From the NCBI RefSeq assembly GCF_009914755.1, contig NC_060929.1: a DNA stretch of 64,000 nucleotides, one strand, 5' to 3'. The translations under genes were made by a program, and so were the position numbers. Of the stretch, positions 61,151-64,000 are shown piece by piece (positions within the stretch are counted from its first letter, which is position 1; each line of letters starts with the position of its first letter). The stretch is from the human T2T-CHM13v2.0 reference genome, Homo sapiens. The notes below the pieces were generated by a model that searched no databases, was not told the DNA's origin, and was given only the letters and a program-made list of their open reading frames with translations.

Positions 61151-61919
61151 ATACGCGTGTGTGGGGGTGTATCTGTAGATTTTATTTCTGATTTAAATCA
61201 GATTCTCCTAAATGCAGGATAAAACTGCAATAAAGAAAGTTAATTCCTACAACATATCATATTCATTTAATTTGAAAATATTTTATAGACATAAGTCATT
61301 CACCTTTCTTCTCTTTAGCAGTCTATGGATGATTTAGCTTATTAAAATGGAATTTTTATGCATTTCCTATGATGCCATTTCATCACTTTGCTATTTCTAA
61401 AATAGAATATTCCATTTACTGTACATTTGGGCTAATATTGACTAGGGATATAAAGTAGCAATTGCCTGGCCAGTTGCCAAGGTAAAAACATATTTATAAA
61501 AGCAATTCAGGGATGTACTTGATGTTAAGGGTTTTAACAATTTTTCATTACTACCATTATCTTCTTAATACAAATTGTAAGAGACAAGTAAACTGCCTCT
61601 TTTGCATTTCATGAATGCTCTGCCTATGCAATCTTGCAAGTTCTAAGTAATTCTACCCTTGGAAAAAAATGCCACGTACAAAGATACAGTTCTCCAAAAT
61701 TGGCTACTTTGATCCTTAATCTACTAGATTTTTAACACTCCAGACAGAATTTTAATATCCACTAGTCTCTGTTTAAATATTGCAATGAAATTCAAGGTTA
61801 TATATAAAATGTAAATGAATGCTGGTGGTTTAGAAGAAAATTGTATAGGGTTGGTGTCTGTGTTAAAAGCAGCTTTTTAAATCAACAGATTTGCCAATGT
61901 ATGATTATTGCTACTTGAA

Positions 61920-62080
61920 AACAAATTAAGACTGTAGATTTTGGCATCAGATAACTGAATCCTGAAACTACCACTAATAAGGGTTGTTATCTTACACAAG
62001 TTATTTGACTTCTCTTAAATTTGGCTTATTCCTCTGTAAAATTGGCATAATAGTAACTACTATCAAACATAATTGTGAAG
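61920..62080 (+). mobile_element. MIR
   Basis: ggcatcagataactgaatcctg..caagttatttgacttctct..ctgtaaaattggcataatag. Confidence 0.8.
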
Positions 62081-64000
62081 GGCAGAGAAAGATGATGGAC
62101 TAGAAGCCTACACCATTCATTCCCCCTGCAGGAACACTAAATTTTAGCAACTACACTCAAAAAGCACCATTACAAGAACTAAAAATCAGGAGAGTAATCA
62201 CAGTACCTGGTTTTAACTTCATGTCATTGAAAGAGTCATTGGAGAGGGCAGGAAAGACAGTCTTAAAGCACAGCTGCCACCCAACCCCCATCTCCTGGCA
62301 GAGGCAATGCCAGTGGAGATTCTCTGTGCTTGGGACAGGGAGAGCACAGCATTTGTGAGGCTTTACATTGAACTCAGTGCTGTCCTGTCCCAGTGAAAAG
62401 CAGAACTAGGCTGTATTCCACTGACATCCAACCACAGAAGGAGCATTTGGGCCAGCCCTAGACAGAGAGGAATTGCTCATCCAAGCAATTGGAGCTTGAC
62501 TTCCTGCAAGCCTCGCCATTGTGGGCCAGAGTGCTTTGGGACCCTAAGTGAACTTGAGGGGCAGTCTAGGCCACAAGGACTGCAATTCCTTGGCAAGCCC
62601 TAGTGCTGGACACACAGCCAGTGGACTGGGGTGACATGTGACCTATGGAGACCCCAGCTGAGGCAGCAAAGGTGTGCCTGTCCACCCTACCCCCTAACCC
62701 TCCAACCCCTCACAGCAGTTGCTCAGTGGGGAGAAATTTTTGCACTTGGGAGATGGATAGGCAGTGACTGGGGGATTTTATATTGAATTAAGTGCTGCCC
62801 TGTCACAGCAAAGACCTGGCAGAATTTATCAACTGCTGAATAAAGAGTCCCTTGGCTCTGAATAACCAACAGTGATACCCAGGTAATATGTCATGGGCAT
62901 TGGGCTCTGAGACATACTGGCTTCAGGTATGACCCAGAACATTCCAAGCTGTGGTGGCTATGGTGAAAGATTCCTATTTGAGAAAAGCAGTGGGAAAAGT
63001 GAAGGGGGCTCTGTCTTGTACCTTAGGTACCAGCTCAGCAACAGTGGGGTAGAGCACAGTGGGATACAGCAGACTCTTGGGGTTTTTTATTCCGGATCTA
63101 GGCTCTTGGTCAGCATTTTTAGATCTTCCCTGGCCCAAAGGGTGAGTCCCCAGCCTGGAAGCATTCATCACAAGCTATCTTCAGACAGACTTGGTCTTTA
63201 AGTAAACATTGGTGGTGACCTGGCAGAACCCCCCATGGGCTGGTAGTGGTGACGGCCACAGGGAGAAGTTCTTCTGCATGCAGAAAGGGGAAGGAAAAGT
63301 GCAAAGGACTTTGTCTTGTGGTTCAAGTGCCAGCTTAGCTCCAGTAGACTAGAACACTAGGTAAATTTCTGAGGTTTTAGATTTTAATCTCCAGCTTCTA
63401 GAAAGCATCTCTAGACCCACCCAGGGCCTAGGGAAACTTGCTGCCATGAAGGGAGAAACACAAACCTGACCCACCCAAGGCCTAGAGAAACTTGACGCCA
63501 CGAAGGGAGAAACACAAACCTGGCTGGTTGTACCACTTGTTTATCATAGAGCCCTAGGGCCTTGAATGAACTTAGGTGGTAGTCAGGTAGTGGTTACAGT
63601 GGGCCTTCAGTGAGACACTGTTGTGCTGGCTTCAGGACTGACCCAGCATAGTCACAGTAGTCGTGGCCAAGGGATACTAGTGTCACCCACCCCCAGCTCT
63701 AGGCAGCTCAGCACAGAGAGACTCCATTTCTTAGGAGAAAGTAAAGGAAGAGAACAAGAGTCTCTGCTTGGTAATCCAGAGAATTCTTCCAGATCTTATC
63801 CAAGAACACCAACGTAGTACCTTTATGAGTCTACAAGAACTGCATTATTGGGTTCAGGGCCCAAGTTCCTGTGAATACCTGGAAAGCCTTCCCAAGAAGA
63901 ATGGGCGTGAATAAGCTCAAACCCAGAGTTTTATTGTAATCTCCCAAGGTTACAATAAAGGCCTAACTCTTCAATCCCCAGATGTAGACAAACATCTACA
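62081..64000 (+). mobile_element. L1 (L1M1/L1M2-type) 5' UTR running into ORF1 at the window edge
   Basis: aagatgatggactagaag start, GC-rich UTR, cctaactcttcaat..aaacatctaca at the end. Confidence 0.85.

Overview
AT-rich, repeat-dense primate (human-like) genomic DNA, probably a large intron or gene-poor interval. Most of the window is recognisable transposable-element sequence: many L1 fragments of different ages (including a near full-length L1PB-type element at about 46.3-54.9 kb), about 14 Alus, two complete THE1 MaLR proviruses with target-site duplications (TSDs), solo LTRs (MSTA, THE1, MLT1A, MER31, LTR22/HML-5), MIR/L2/CR1 relics, a MER2, and a fossil hAT (Charlie/Buster-type) transposase split by later insertions. 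No intact protein-coding gene, RNA gene or CRISPR array is supported, and most listed ORFs are Alu-, L1- or MaLR-derived. The best non-repeat signal is a 45-bp candidate exon with strong splice sites at 29373-29417, next to an LTR cluster carrying DUX4-type motifs. I see no evidence of a new biological system; the notable items are TE rearrangement scars and a possible LTR-linked spliced transcript. Subfamily names come from recalled consensus motifs, not a database search, and boundaries of old elements are approximate.
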